Source: Camelus dromedarius
Taxonomy: Eukaryota
Assembly (NCBI RefSeq): GCF_036321535.1
Contig: NC_087447.1
Span: 50,656,001-50,720,000, forward strand
Direction: 5' to 3'
Length of the DNA: 64,000 nucleotides
The notes below the pieces were generated by a model. The model was given only the letters and a program-made list of their open reading frames with translations. It was not told the DNA's origin and searched no databases. The position numbers and the translations under genes are program-made. Below, piece by piece: positions 26,521 to 39,666 of this stretch. Position 1 is the first letter of the stretch. Every line of letters begins with the position of its first letter.

Positions 26521-29500
26521 TTTTTAAGTCTGTCCCTTCTATAAGACTAAGCTTTGCTTCCTGAAAGCAGCTGCGTTCTTACTCTTCTGGACTTCTTGCA
26601 TTCAGCAATACCTGGTGCAAAACAACATGAAGCTGTTTGATGAATGAATGGATACTTTAAACAGGCAGATTTTGTTAGGGCTTCTTTTTCATATACTTGT
26701 TTGAACTTTTCACTGAGATAAGTCTCTCCACCAAAAAAAATTCATGTGTGTATGTGTATGAGAGACACACACACACACAAAATAAATTTTATCTGGAAAC
26801 AGAGATTTGATTAACAAATCAAGGACATTTACTGAATACTGTATAAGATTTTCAATATTTTAATTCTGTGACCAAAAATCTATAATAACTATTTAATTGA
26901 TATGGAGTTTTTGGAGTTGATAGAGATTTTGCAGAAAGAACTGGGAATTTTGGCTTCATGTAGAAGTATGTTAGGAACAGACTGTTAGTAATTTATGACT
27001 GTCATTGTGTTCTGGATTAGAGCCTAGATTTACTGAGAATTTAGTCATTTTTTAATTCATTCAACAAATTTTTATTTAGAATCAATTATGTGGTAGGTTT
27101 AGCTCTCAAACTATTGTTCACTGAAGCTTAGCGTTTAGCAGAGGAGACAGACATTAATCAAATAATTTTATAGTTACATATGCACTAATATTGTGGTTAA
27201 GTGTTATGAAGAAAAAGTACTAAGTACAGTGAGGAAGAACTAGGGAAGTTAAGAGTTTAAAACATTGCTTTTGAATATTTTTTCTCATCCCGTGTCCCTG
27301 AGCAATTGCTCGTACTTCCAGTAAGCCTGATTTCAGTTTAGTTCACTTTCCCAGTTATAGCTGCTTTGGAACCACCCAGTACCTTTGTCTAATATTTTTC
27401 TCTTCCTCTTTGTTTATTTCTACCTTATTATATCCCAAATATGCACATTTTATGAAAGTAAGAGATGCCCAGAACAGATCAGTAGAAAAATCAAAGTATC
27501 ACCTCTATTTTTCTAATCTGTCTCTTAGTAAAACTTGTTATTAAAAAGGGAGGAAATAAGAATCTAATATTTTAAGTAAACACTTTTAAAAACAGCAAAT
27601 TTATTTCTGCTTAAATATAGAGGATGATAAAGAATTCAAATGAGTTTAATACTCCTTGTTCCATAATAAAACTAGGAGATTAAGTTGAAAGGTGAAGACA
27701 AGTTATTTCAAGCTAAATTCTGCCTGCCTGGTTACCATTAATGTTTGACCTTAGGACATTTAACATTTTCCAAGCTTCATGTGGTATTGGCTTAGTCATT
27801 ACTTTTTATGAGGTTATAAAATTTGCTGTTTACATTGTTGGAGTTTAGAGAGGTAACAGTAATTATCATTCATAGAGCATTTGTTATATACCAGGCTCTG
27901 TGAAAAGAACATTAATTTGTATTATGTCATTTAAAATTCCCTACAACTATGAAGAAGTCTTTAACCTCTTTTTATAAAATTAGTATTTGAGAAGAGAAGT
28001 AACTTGATCAAGATCACACAATGAGTATATGGTAGAGCCGAACCTTGAACCCAGATCTATATGCTTTAATCATTATGCCATTATGCCATAGCCAGTTATT
28101 TAGAACTGTGCATTGTCTAAAATAGAACAAGCCAAAAGAAACCTTTCCATGACATTTAGTTGTTTTTCATGAGATTGAATTTTTCTCTTCACTACCAAAG
28201 TGACAAATTGTGGTTTATCCTACTCCTTTCAAGTAGAAATATATTCACTTGTTCTTTCCTCTACAAATAGTTTTGAGTACATTTTATGTGCCAGCATAAA
28301 AAGACAAAGTCCTTGTCCCCAGGAAGCTTATGTTACATTGAAGAGAGATGAACTGCATATAAACAAAATTTGTTTGTAGTTCTACAAATGTGTTATTCAG
28401 TTATCTGAATGGGTAACTGGCAATGAGAAAAATAAAATGATTTTAAAATAGGCAAAACATTAATAAAGTAGGGCCGAAAAAAAGTCTATTAAAGATTTTT
28501 ATTATCCAAGTTCAATGCTGAAATAGAAAGTTACTAAAGTAGAATTGTCTGAGACACAAAGTCATTTCCCTGTGAAAAGGACCATTGGAAATTCTTGCAT
28601 GGAGTAGCCTTAAGTTTAGTGTGATCACACCTGTAGTCATGGTCAGATAAATCAAAGTCATCTGACTTGATCTTAACATTATGCCTCTTGTCAAGGGGAA
28701 AGTGAATGGACTGCATACTAGACTAATAACATTTTATATTATAGCAATTACAGTTTTTAATGAAACAGACATAAAAATCAGTATGCTGTGGAAAGGAACT
28801 TTGGAAATAATTTCATAACTTGCTTACTAACTTATCAATCTCCTTTATTTGTCCCAATTTTCCAGACATTGCCAGAAACATTAATCTTTTTTTCTAGTTA
28901 GTTGAAAAAGTAATATGACAGTAACATTGAAGACAAAATTGGAAAATAATGCAAAGCACCCATAATCCCATCACTCAACAGAAACAGTATTTTCATTTCT
29001 TGGCTATTAGTTCCTAATCTTTGTGCATATGCAGTTATGGTTTTATATGACTACACTTTGAATAAACATGTCCACCCTAGTAGCCAAAACCCAGGGATAG
29101 GTTCAGCCAAAGAAGCAGGAACCATAGTTAGCTTTGTAGCCTGTGTAGTCAGTGAATAGGAAATGAGGAAATGAAATGGCCAGGAAAGTAGCTGGTAGAA
29201 AGTAAAGAAGAAAGATGGAAAGCCTGGTCGACAATAGCGTAAGTCAGAAAGCATGCAGCTGTAATGGCTCTTCATCTGGTTCCTGTGGCCTCAGCTGTGG
29301 CTTATGTTTCAGTATTTTAGGCTGGAGCCAGAATAAGACAATAATTGAATGACAGTTATTTTCTAGGAAAATAAATTTAAAATATCCTAACATCTAGTCT
29401 AATTTCTCTTGTTATCATGTCTGTTACTATTATTGCTCTAACTCCATTCTCTTTAACATACCTTAACCTCCCTAGGCAGTCCAAAATATCCCCTCGTTTG

Positions 29501-29774
29501 GCTATAGATATTCTTAAACAGAATTATCTTGGTTCTCCCTTCAATTACCATATTATCTCTCATCCTTTATTATCACTGTTATTTTGTATTCTTACTTTCC
29601 CTCTACCTGTGGAACATTTGCATGTTACTAACTTAACCTGCTTGAAGGATTGGATAGAGTTGTTTCAGAAATAATATGAGTAGTACTAAAGCAAATCATT
29701 TAACGTGGGACTATCTTGATAGGCAAAGTATATCTGGAGTATTGCATACAAGAGGTTCCCCCTCCCAATTCTTT

Positions 29775-30680
29775 CATTTTTTAAATTGAGGTATATTTCA
29801 TATTACAGTTAAAGTGTACAAATCTTAAGTATAAATACAGCTCAATGAGATTTTGTCTATATAATCACCCCCTAGATTAAGATACAGAAAATTTCAGTCA
29901 CCCCAGAAAGTTCCCTCCTGCCCTTTCTTAGTCAACACGTCCCCAGAAAGATTACTGCTATTCTGACTTCCATGCCCATATATTAATTTGCATGTTCTTA
30001 AACTTTATATAAATGGAATCATATATTTCATATACTGGCTTCCTGCTTCTTTCACTTGATGTTCATCTCAGTAGTTCATTCTTTTCTACTGATATATAAT
30101 ATTCTATTGTATGAAAATAGTATAATTCATTTGCCTGTTTTCCACTTAATAGGCATTTGGATTGTTTTCAGCTTGAGACTTATGGATGAGGGGTCTATAG
30201 ATATTCTTGTATATGTCTTTTGATAGATGCACTCATCTCTTTTGAGGGGTATGTCTAGAAGTAGAATTGCTTGGTCATAGGGTAGTCTGTGTTTAAATTT
30301 ATTAGAAACTGCCAAACAGTTTTCTAAAATAGTTGGACCATTTTACACTCCTACCAGTAATATCTGAGAGTTCCAACCATTCCACATTGTCGTCCATACT
30401 TGTCAGTCTTTTTCAGTCATTCTGGGTTGGGGTGTAGTGATAGCTCACTGGGGTTCAAATTTGTATTTCCGAGTGATAAATGATGCTGAGCACTTGTCAA
30501 AAGTTTATCAGCCCTTTAGATATCATCTTTTGTGATGTGCCGCTACAAGTCTTTTGCCCATTTAAAAATTCGGTTGTCTTTTTCTTACTGATTTTTGTAT
30601 CATATTTTCCAGATGTGAACCCTTTGTTAGATATTACATGTTGTGGATATTTTCTTCTAGTCTGTAGTTTTTTACTTTAC
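29775..30680 (-). mobile_element. Old L1 3' end (L1MB/MC-like)
   Basis: ttaaattgaggtatat...aagtgtacaaatcttaag and reverse ORF2 C-terminal sequence. Confidence 0.7.
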
Positions 30681-33214
30681 TAAGACTCTTCAGATTCCCT
30701 GAAGTTCTTAGGGAAGAGTTTTAAGAGGCACTTCAGATACCAGTTTAGTAACTAATATACTAGCCATCTGTTAGTAATTGTGCTGGTTTTCTATTGCTAC
30801 TGTAACAGTACCAAAAAAATAAGGTTGAGGAGAATGAAGACAGAAAAGGGCTGTTCAGTGGTGTGGATAGGTTTGAGGAAGGTGTGAGGGAAGGGAGGAA
30901 AGGAAGTGGAGACAGTTCTTTTGAAAACTTAGGAGAGTGAAGAGGTGCAGGTGAATGGGATGGAGATATTAGAGACTGTGTGAACAGTTCATTAGAGAGA
31001 TCGAGATGGTTGGTACAGATGAGAAAGGTGATAGGTAATGTTGAGATCTTAGAGACCGGGTGATATCCTAGAGCCCAAGAGCCCCATTGGCCATTGCGAG
31101 GAGGAGGCATGCTGCTGCAGGGAAGGAGGGGAGGAGCTCATTGGTCCTGAGATGGTGGCAGTACAGAATGCTAACAGATAAACATGAGAATCAGCAGTGT
31201 TCACACAGAGCCAGAGTGTTATTTTAGGCTAAATATTTATATTCACATTATATGTATGTTCTGTGTTTATATGTTCTTTCTCACTATTTCTGCCTGTGAA
31301 TCTCTCTGTCTCAGATGTCATCTTGTCAGGCAAGCCTTTTTGTTCTTATTGTCCACATTCCACGCAAATAACATTTTTTCCTTTTTGGAATTCATTTATT
31401 TCCCGTATTGTATTTTGTCAGTTCAGGGACGTTCCTCACCACCCTTTACTGCACATACATATACTCTTACTTTAATGCAAAATGCTGGATCATCAAGAAG
31501 GAAGAAGAAAGCAATCAGCCGATCACCAAATACTTAATGATTGTCCTTTATAAGCCTGGCACTGCACTAGGTTCTGGAGATTCTTTAGGAACTGTAGAGA
31601 CCTGGACCATGCATTTATGAATCTTAGAATTTAACAGTGATCTTTGGCTCTTGATGTTCTTCAAGATTATTGGAAGACCTTTAAAATACAGGTACCAGGA
31701 CACTGACTGAATCAGGAGTTTCTGGACCAAGGGTCCAGAAGCAGAAAATAAATAAAGCTCTTGAGGCAAAATAGTGTTCTCCAAAAACTGGTAACTGTTG
31801 GCCTAGCCGAACATTATTTCCTAGATGCGTTGTCCAGTTGACTTAACTGGGGAAGAAGCAGAGGAAGATTTAACTTAGGAGGTGACATTTAAAATGGATT
31901 TGGGATACACACTGAAGTATCAAGTGGTAAAACCATATGATGTATCCAGTTTACTCAAATGGTTCAGAAAGATAATAATTACATATGTATATCAAAATAT
32001 TAAAATTGATTAGTCTGAATAGAACATATACAGGAATTCACTATGCTACTCTTTCAACATTTCTGAAGTTTGAACTTGTTTGAAAAGGAAGAAGCTGAAA
32101 GGAATTAAGAGTAAAAAATAAACTGAGTCTAGAAGTTGCATAAGATATCTGGTTTAGAGGCAGTAGGATTAAATGATGAAAGGGTTAAGTACTATAAGTT
32201 AAAAGGTCAGGGTAAGCTCTGAACAAAGGCAGAACAGACTAGAAGTTGATAGTGTGGGATAAGAGACAGGTAGGCAGTCAGGTGTGACTGAACTACAAGT
32301 TCAGTAAAAGAAATGAGTAGAGCCAGATTGTGAAGCTCCATGTGTGCCTTGCAAGGAGTTCAGTCTTTATCAGTTGAACTAGGAGTCACCCAGTCAGATG
32401 CTCATACCCAAGATGATAAGAAAAATGATCTGTTGGGGTAAGGGAAGAAGACTTGGTAACTTCTGTTTGAATATATATTACTTTTTAATGTCATTTTTCT
32501 ATATTTCTACTTTACGTATTTTAAAATATGTATAGTATCTTAACACAGCAGTATATACAATTTATAAATAAGTATACATATATGGAGTTCCTGAAAGTTT
32601 TTTTTTTTTTTTTGCTATCAAATTTAAGAGCCTACTCCTGTAGACATCCTTCTGCCTTGTAACCAGAGTGATTTTTTTAAGTAAAAACAATCATGTTAAT
32701 CGCTATATGTGTGTGTTTATGTATTTGTGTACGTGAACGTAGTTTTTCAACAATTTACTTTGTGTTTAGGATAAAGTCCAAATCTTAATATGACTTTAGA
32801 AGCTCTTTTCGGTCTCCTGCCTATAAATCATACCGGTTTTCTCACTGGATCAGCAGTGTTCATGGTCTAAGCCAAGCTCTTTTACTTCTTTAAATGCTCT
32901 GCCTTGCCTTTATGTTGGATGACCCTTTTACATAGAATGATCTCATTAAAAAAAATCTTTTCACCTGGTTAACTCCAGTTTATTCCTCAAGTCCTAGCTT
33001 ATGTTACTCCCCCTATAGCCCTCTTCTGACTCCCTAGACAAGATTATAGCCCCTTTGCATAGACTCCCCTAGTTTTGAAATGACCTTTCTCATATTTTTA
33101 GTGACTTGATAAAGGTTCTTAGGACAGGAACTATATCTCTCTTGTTTACTCCTTTATCCCATTGGAAATGCTTGGAATACTGTTAAGAGCCCAGTAAATA
33201 TTTGTTGAAAAGAG

Positions 33215-34840
33215 AATGAGGTTGTGGAGCAACAAAAATTTCTATTCATTACTGATGGGAATGCAGAATGGCATGGCCACTTGGGAACAGTTTGGTGGTT
33301 TCTCACAAAACATGCTCTAACCATACAATTCAACAGTCAGTTTCTTGGCATTTACCTGAAAGAGATGAAAACTGTTGTCAACACAGAAATCGGTACACAG
33401 ATAGCAGGTTTATTCATAATCCTATAACTTGGATTCAACCAAGATGTGCTTCAGTAGGTGAACAGATAAACTGCATTACCTCCAGACAGTGGAATAGTAT
33501 TCAACACCAAAAAAGAATTGTGCTATAAAGCCATGGAAAGACATGGAGGAACTCTAAATGCATACTACTGAGAGAAGCCAGTCTAAAAAGGCTACAAGCT
33601 GTATGATTCCAACTATATGACATTCTGGAGAAGACAAAATTATAGAGATAGTAAAACAATCAGTGCTTACCAGGAGTTAGGGAAGAGGGAGCGATGCAAT
33701 GCCAGTCAAAACCACAATGAAATACTGCTTCAATCCATTAGGTTAGCTATGATCAGAAAGACAGCCAATAACAAGTATAGGGAGGGTGTGGAGAAATTCA
33801 TATATTGCTAATGGGAGTATAAAATGGTACAGCTGCTTTGCAAAATATTTTCACAGTTCTTCAGAATGCAAAACACAGAGTTTCAGTATGACCCAGGAAT
33901 TCCATCCTCATTATATACCCAAGAGAAAGGAAAACATATATCTGCACAGAAACTTATACATGAATGTTCACAGCAGCATTATTAATAATAGCCAAACTGT
34001 TAAAAAAAAAAAAAGCCTAAATGTATCTTAGGCCAAGCTGCCATAACAAAATGCCATAGACTGGTGGCTTAAACAATAGAAATTTATTTCTTACAGTACT
34101 TCAGGTTAGGAAGTCCAAGATTAAGATGCTGGCTGATTTTATTCCAGATGAGAGCCCTCTTCTTGGCTTGCAGAGAACCACCTTCTCCCTGTCCTCACAT
34201 GGCCTATATTTGTTGCATGCAGGTAGAGGGAGAGAGTGAGGTCCTGTCTCTTCTTCTTCCTATAAGGACACTAATCCCATCATGGGGGTCCCACCCTATG
34301 ACATCATCTAAACCTGTTTACTTCTCAAAGGCACCCACACCCAAAGACCATCACAGTCGGGTTTGGGGCTTCAACATATGAATTCGAAGGGGACACAAAC
34401 ATGTAATCCATCAACTGGTGAACAGATAAATAAAATGTAGTATTTTCATACAATGGAATATTACTCTTCTGTAAATGGAAAGTATTATTGATACATGCTG
34501 TAATATGAATGAACCTTGAAAATATGCTAAGTGAAAGAAACCGGACAGAAAAGACTACATATTATATGATTCCATTGATATGAAAAGTCCAGAACAGGCC
34601 AATCTGTAGAGACAGAAAATAGATTATTGATTGTCTAGGACTGAGGAGGGAGTTTGAGAAGAAATTGAGTGACTGCCAAGAGGTATAGGGTGTCTTTTTG
34701 GGGTGATGAAAATGTTCTAAAATTAGATAGTGATAGTGGTTGCAGAACTCTGTGAACATAGTAAAAACTACTGAATTGTGTACTTTAAATAAATTAATTC
34801 TATGGTATGTGAATTATATCTCAATAAAGCTAATAAATTT
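33215..34840 (+). mobile_element. Old L1 3' fragments (L1MB/MC/MD-like), interrupted by MLT1
   Basis: Degenerate ORF2 C-terminus and 3'UTR ending tatatctcaataaagc. Confidence 0.7.
34022..34415 (-). mobile_element. MaLR LTR (MLT1A-like)
   Basis: ctgccataacaaaatgccatagactggtggcttaaacaatagaaatttatttcttacagt. Confidence 0.8.
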
Positions 34841-35330
34841 TAGCAAAAATTGGTATCTGCTTTAAAGTGGCAAAATATAAAATACTATGTGGAGAAAAGT
34901 GATTGTTTTATTACATTTGTTTGCATCCTAAATGGAGTGTTGAAAGGAAGTAAACTTTAGAGATTTTTTTAAAATCAGACTTTTAATGTGATATAATAAA
35001 CAGTAACAAGAGAACATTTGAAAAGGTTTGGATAAAAATGGTCCTTGAGTGAGGTATGAATAAGTGGCCAGTCTGCCTTTCAGGATGAATAGTCATCCAC
35101 TTTATTTATGTTATTTTTTTTACTTTATGGTATATTATGTGACTTTAACTCAGGGTTTATTTTTTTCTCTTTCCATTAATTTATTCTTACTTTGCACTGT
35201 TTAATTTCTTTTTTGGAAAAAAGATAGCAACCATCCCACTTCACATTTCTTTAGTAAAATGAGTGCAATAACTCTTTACTTCTCTCATCTCATTTTGAGC
35301 AGTAAAAAAATGTGATAATGTCTATAGCGG

Positions 35331-35790
35331 GTTTTTTTTTTTTTTTTTTGCTTTTGTTTTTATTGAAGTGTAGTTGATTTACAGTGTTGTGTTAATTTCT
35401 GGTGGACAGCATAGTGATTCAGTTATACATACATATTCTTTTTCATAAGTTATTACAAGCTATTGAATATAGTTCCTGTGGTATACAGTAGGGCCTTGTT
35501 GTTTATCTATTCCATATATAGTAGTTTTAGTCTGCTAATTCCAAACTCCTCATTTATCCTTCCCCCTCTCTCCACTTTGGTAACCATAAATTTATTTTCT
35601 ATGTCTGTGAGTCTGTTTCTGTTCTGTAAATAAGCTCATTTGTATTATTTTTTTAGATTTCACATATAAGAGATATATTAGTCTTTCTCTGTCTGACTTA
35701 CTTCACTTTGTGATAATCTCTAGGTCCACCCATGTTACTACAAATGGCATTATTTCATTCTTTTTTTAAAAGGCTGAGTAGTAGTAGTCA
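35331..35790 (-). mobile_element. L1 3'UTR fragment
   Basis: Poly-T followed by reverse L1 3'UTR. Confidence 0.8.
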
Positions 35791-35831
35791 TCACAACTTT
35801 TTTTTTCCAGTTTTGTAGCTTTCTACTAGAC

Positions 35832-36000
35832 TTTTTAAAATTGAAGTATAGTCGGTTTACAATGTTGTGTTAATTTATGCTGTACAAAATAGTGATTTAG
35901 TTGTATATATATATTCCTTTTCATCTTCTTTCTCATTATAGGCTATTACGAAGTGTTGAATATAGTTTTCTGTGCTATACGGTAGGACCTTGTTATTTAT
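35832..36000 (-). mobile_element. Second short L1 3'UTR fragment
   Basis: ttgaagtatagtcggtttacaatgttgtgttaatt...tgtgctatacggtaggaccttgt. Confidence 0.75.
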
Positions 36001-36628
36001 AGTTTTTTTTTTTTAAGCAAGAGTAACAAAGAGTTTGATATTTTTCTCGAGTGGCTTCATACAAACGATTTGGTGACAACCACATTTACCATGTTTGTTG
36101 GGCTAACTCTTTTACATCCTTGAGGCTAACTCCTCTGGCGTCATTCTTGCTTTCTCTGACTTCCTTTATAAGTCCCCTCTTCTGTGCTCTTTGTGTATCT
36201 TTTTATCATATCTGGCATCTTGTATTTATCTGCCTGTCTCATCCACTAGACTGTATGCTTCGTTAAGGCCCGTGTGACTGGACCTTATCTTTGTACCTCA
36301 GCATCTGTAACTGAATTTGGCAAATAGGAGGTACTCAGTAAAGTCTTGTTGAACTGAATTAATGAATCACAATTTATCAGATCTGATAGGGGCTGATATG
36401 TAGTCTGTTAATTTTTTAAAGAGTTGAAGCTGTAATTATTGAAAAGTATATATATCTTCAAGTTTTATTTTCATTTAAACATACAGTTGTATAATCTGTC
36501 AATTATTTGACATAGGGCATGGCCTTTGCATATGGGACCCTAATTATAGTTCTACTTATTCTTTCTTGCATTAAAAAACATTTTTAAACCCTAAAATGAA
36601 AACAGTTTATTTAAAATAGAGACACTTG

Positions 36629-36676
36629 TATGACACAACATTGTAAAATGATTATAAATCAATAAAAAATGTTAAA
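36629..36676 (+). mobile_element. 48-bp extremely 5'-truncated L1 insertion
   Basis: Perfect 16-bp TSD AAAATAGAGACACTTG (36613-36628, 36677-36692); 43 nt identical to 45035-45077. Confidence 0.92.
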
Positions 36677-37297
36677 AAAATAGAGACACTTGAACTTTGA
36701 AACATGTATACAGAATCTTTAGATTTTTACTATTTTTCCTAATCTATAACGGGTATCTTATCCACACCTAATTCAACATCAATTTTTATTAGCAATTCAA
36801 TTTTATTGTCAGTTTTAAGCATTTTAAATAATTTTTGTAGAAACAACAGCTGTCTTTTTGCAGTCATATTCCTGATAACTAAATACAGTAGTACTAACAG
36901 GTTTGAGAATAAATATAACTGACTGGCTCTTAGTAAACATACAGCTCAGCTGTTTGGATCAGACATGCAAGGAAGTACTGAAGAGTAGCTACCCAGGATA
37001 AGCTTAACCTGAAAATCAGGTAATATGTTTTATAGAAAGAATGGTGAATATTGATTAATCTAGTAAATCACTTTGTGGAGGGAATTTAAGAGAACTTGTA
37101 CTTGTTTTCTTCTGTATGAAAATTTCATCAGTTATAGGTGGAGCTTAGGCAGTCTGCTATATCCTCCCACAAGATCTCATAAATTTGTTCTTAAAATTCG
37201 GTGCTTTGAAATGTCTTACTGTCTTTTCAAGTCATTCTGGCCACCCCCCAAAAATTTCATGCTAATTGTTTTTTTTATTTGTTTGTTTTAATTTCAG

Positions 37298-37350
37298 TGG
37301 TAGGAATGGGATCCTGGTGCTTCCACATGACTCTGAAATATGAAATGCAG
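37298..37350 (+). CDS. ACER3: ACER3 coding exon (exon 3 orthologue), 53 bp
   Basis: TTTCAG acceptor, GTCAGT donor; in phase with previous exon; (V)VGMGSWCFHMTLKYEMQ includes the CREST-family SxxxH zinc-site motif. Confidence 0.96.
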
Positions 37351-37879
37351 GTCAGTAATGACAAAAATGACTAAATGCTTACTTCTCTTAATCCAGAGAC
37401 ACTTCAAATTTCAGAGAAGAGCACATTACTAGAGGATGATATTGAGACAAGAGAAAAAAGATGGAATTTGTAGTCTCTGGAGTTTTTACTTCAGGCCACA
37501 GAATCCAAGTGGAGTAAGTGAAGTCAAGAGGCAAGCAAATAAGTTGTCCATAGAGAAGACAATTGAGAGCAGATAGGTTTTCGACAACCTCTGTGCAGGC
37601 ATGTCTGAGTTTAGAGCAGGGTTAGAAAGTAGAGTCCCTTGGAAACATCTTGAGAAAATAAAATCAGTTCAGGAAAGTAATATATTCTTATTCTTAGCTG
37701 CTTACATTTCCTTATGTCTCTCATAGCATCCATTTGAATGGCCTGGTCCCTCTAGCTGGCAAGGTTTCAGAGCTATGCAAGGATTTTTATTTATTGTCCT
37801 TGCTCTAAGGGGGCCATATATCTAGTCCTCAATCTATTAACCTCTTTGTTCTCCATCACTAACCCAGAAACTTCTAGAA

Positions 37880-37978
37880 TAGCACTGTCCAGTAGAAATA
37901 CAATGTGAGTTACATAAGTAATTAAAAATTTTTCAGTAGCCACATTTTAAAAAGCCATATTAAAAAGAAACAGGTGGA
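37880..37978 (+). mobile_element. hAT-Charlie MITE MER33-like, left part (split by L1)
   Basis: tagcactgtccagtagaaatacaatgtgag...tagccacatt...aaaaagaaacaggtg. Confidence 0.8.
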
Positions 37979-37989
37979 GAGAGACGGAG

Positions 37990-37999
37990 AAGATGGCGG
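37990..37999 (+). promoter_or_regulatory. YY1 site of L1 internal promoter
   Basis: AAGATGGCGG about 11 nt from the element 5' end; homologous AAGATGGC at 3032-3039. Confidence 0.8.
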
Positions 38000-38179
38000 A
38001 GTAGAAGGACGCTCGCAGGTCACCCTCTCCCACAAATACACCAAGACCCACATCTACAGACCCACTCAGCCAACCAGAGCACCTGCGGAACTCTGACAGA
38101 ACATCGCCCTCTTCAAAAGATAAAGACGCCAAAAATCTGGTAGGAGAAAAGGAAAAAAGAAAGAACAAAAGGCAAAGCA

Positions 38180-39160
38180 GCTCAGGACGGGTCCCGCGGG
38201 GAGGGAGCAGCAAAGGAGGACTGGCGCTCGCTCGCTGGGTCTCCCCTCTCCAACTGAGAGGCCAGCAGGACGGAGGGGGAGCCTCCGAGGCTCGGATCTG
38301 TACAGAGCAGCCCTTGACTAACAGAACTAAGTTAAACGGGCACAGAGCGTCCCCCCGACACCCAGCCTGAGACGCGGGCCGGCAGCGGCGGGCAGGGCCA
38401 GGCTGCACAAGCCGGGCAGAGGACGGGGGCGGCTGCACAGAGGCAGCCCCGGGGGACTGCAAGGGGCTGTGCGCCGTGGCTGTGGATGCACAGTGCAGAA
38501 CAACCTGGGCCCTCCATAAAACAGCAAGGTTGATGTGCTCTCGGGGGAAGGGTGCACACCCCCATCTCTGAAAACCCGCGGAAAGTTTTCGGGGGGAAGA
38601 GAGGCGGGGCTCAGGCACAGCCGCCATATCCTCCGCGCTGAGCACCCAGGCGGGGGCGGGGCGAAACCTGCATCCAGACGGAAGGGCTTAGCAGCCTCAA
38701 AGGCCAGACTGAGACTGGCCTGCAGCCCGGGGCAGATAGGATCCTTCCATCCTGGTCCCTCAGAGAACTTGCTCCACAAAGACAAATAAGGAGCTGGGTT
38801 TTGGCTCGGAGCAGGGACAGGGCTGTCCCTCGGTCTTCCCTGAGCCCACCTGCGGAGCGCCGACCAGGGCGGAGCGCCGACCGGGGTGGAGCGCACAGAG
38901 AGCGGAGCTACTGGCGGCGCAGGTAGAGGGAGAGCGGCCCCCCCGCCTTTCGGGCAGGAACACAGCCCCTGACCGAGGTGCTGGGAGGGGGCACGACCCG
39001 CCCTCCTACCCGGCCAGTCTGCAACATCTGACTGCGGCATCCGGAGGGGCAGCAACCCGCCCGCCCACAGCAGAGAGCTGCACCTGACCCAGTGTTAGGA
39101 GGAGGCGCCATCTGCTTGCCTACAGGTGCTGGGAGCAGCACAGAAGAGGGCGCCAACGGA
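38180..39160. promoter_or_regulatory. CpG island-like L1 5'UTR promoter
   Basis: Dense CpG and GC boxes (GGCGGGGC, GGGGCGGGG) against an AT-rich background. Confidence 0.8.
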
Positions 39161-39666
39161 GGGCCTTTGAAAACAGCAAGCTGAGCTTCCAAAACAGGAC
39201 GAAGACAGAAAGACTTCACATTAAAAACACACAGACTCCAGGAGAACACCGACAAACCCCCCCCCCCCTCCATTTTTGTTTTAAATCTGTTTTTACCTGT
39301 TCTATTTTCTATTACTCTCTTAATTTTTACTTCTTAATTCATTTCTATTTCTCTTGTGTTTTGATGTCCTGCTATTGATTAGACACAGGTTTCAAATACA
39401 TCTATTCATCCCCCCCCCTTTTTTTGTAAGGGTTTTAAAAGGACGTCTCAACCCGATTAATACTCTGCTTCAACTCACTCTTCTATTATTCATTATACAC
39501 TGTTTTCAAACCCTCTTTCTCCCTTCTTTTAAAATTCTTTCTCTCTCTCTCTTATTTTTTTTTCTTTTTTTCCTAAGTTCTATTCCTAAATAGGCATTAG
39601 ATAGATAAAATCCTTAAGGACCAAAATAAACAACTGATACTCCATAAACCACAGTGCCAAAGAGGT

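Noticed and set aside
28619..28666. 12-bp palindrome GTGTGATCACAC and GTCAGAT/ATCTGAC stem
   Set aside because: Expected by chance in 64 kb; no recognisable RNA family
31080..31160. GC-richer patch with two ATTGG (CCAAT) motifs
   Set aside because: Short motifs only; no CpG island or exon support from sequence alone
31184..31537. 117-aa ORF and other short ORFs in the track
   Set aside because: No recognisable domain or convincing splice structure; intronic background
38327..39055. 242-aa minus-strand ORF in the L1 5'UTR
   Set aside because: Non-ATG start, low-complexity Pro/Arg/Ala content expected from GC-rich DNA, fragmented in the older copy
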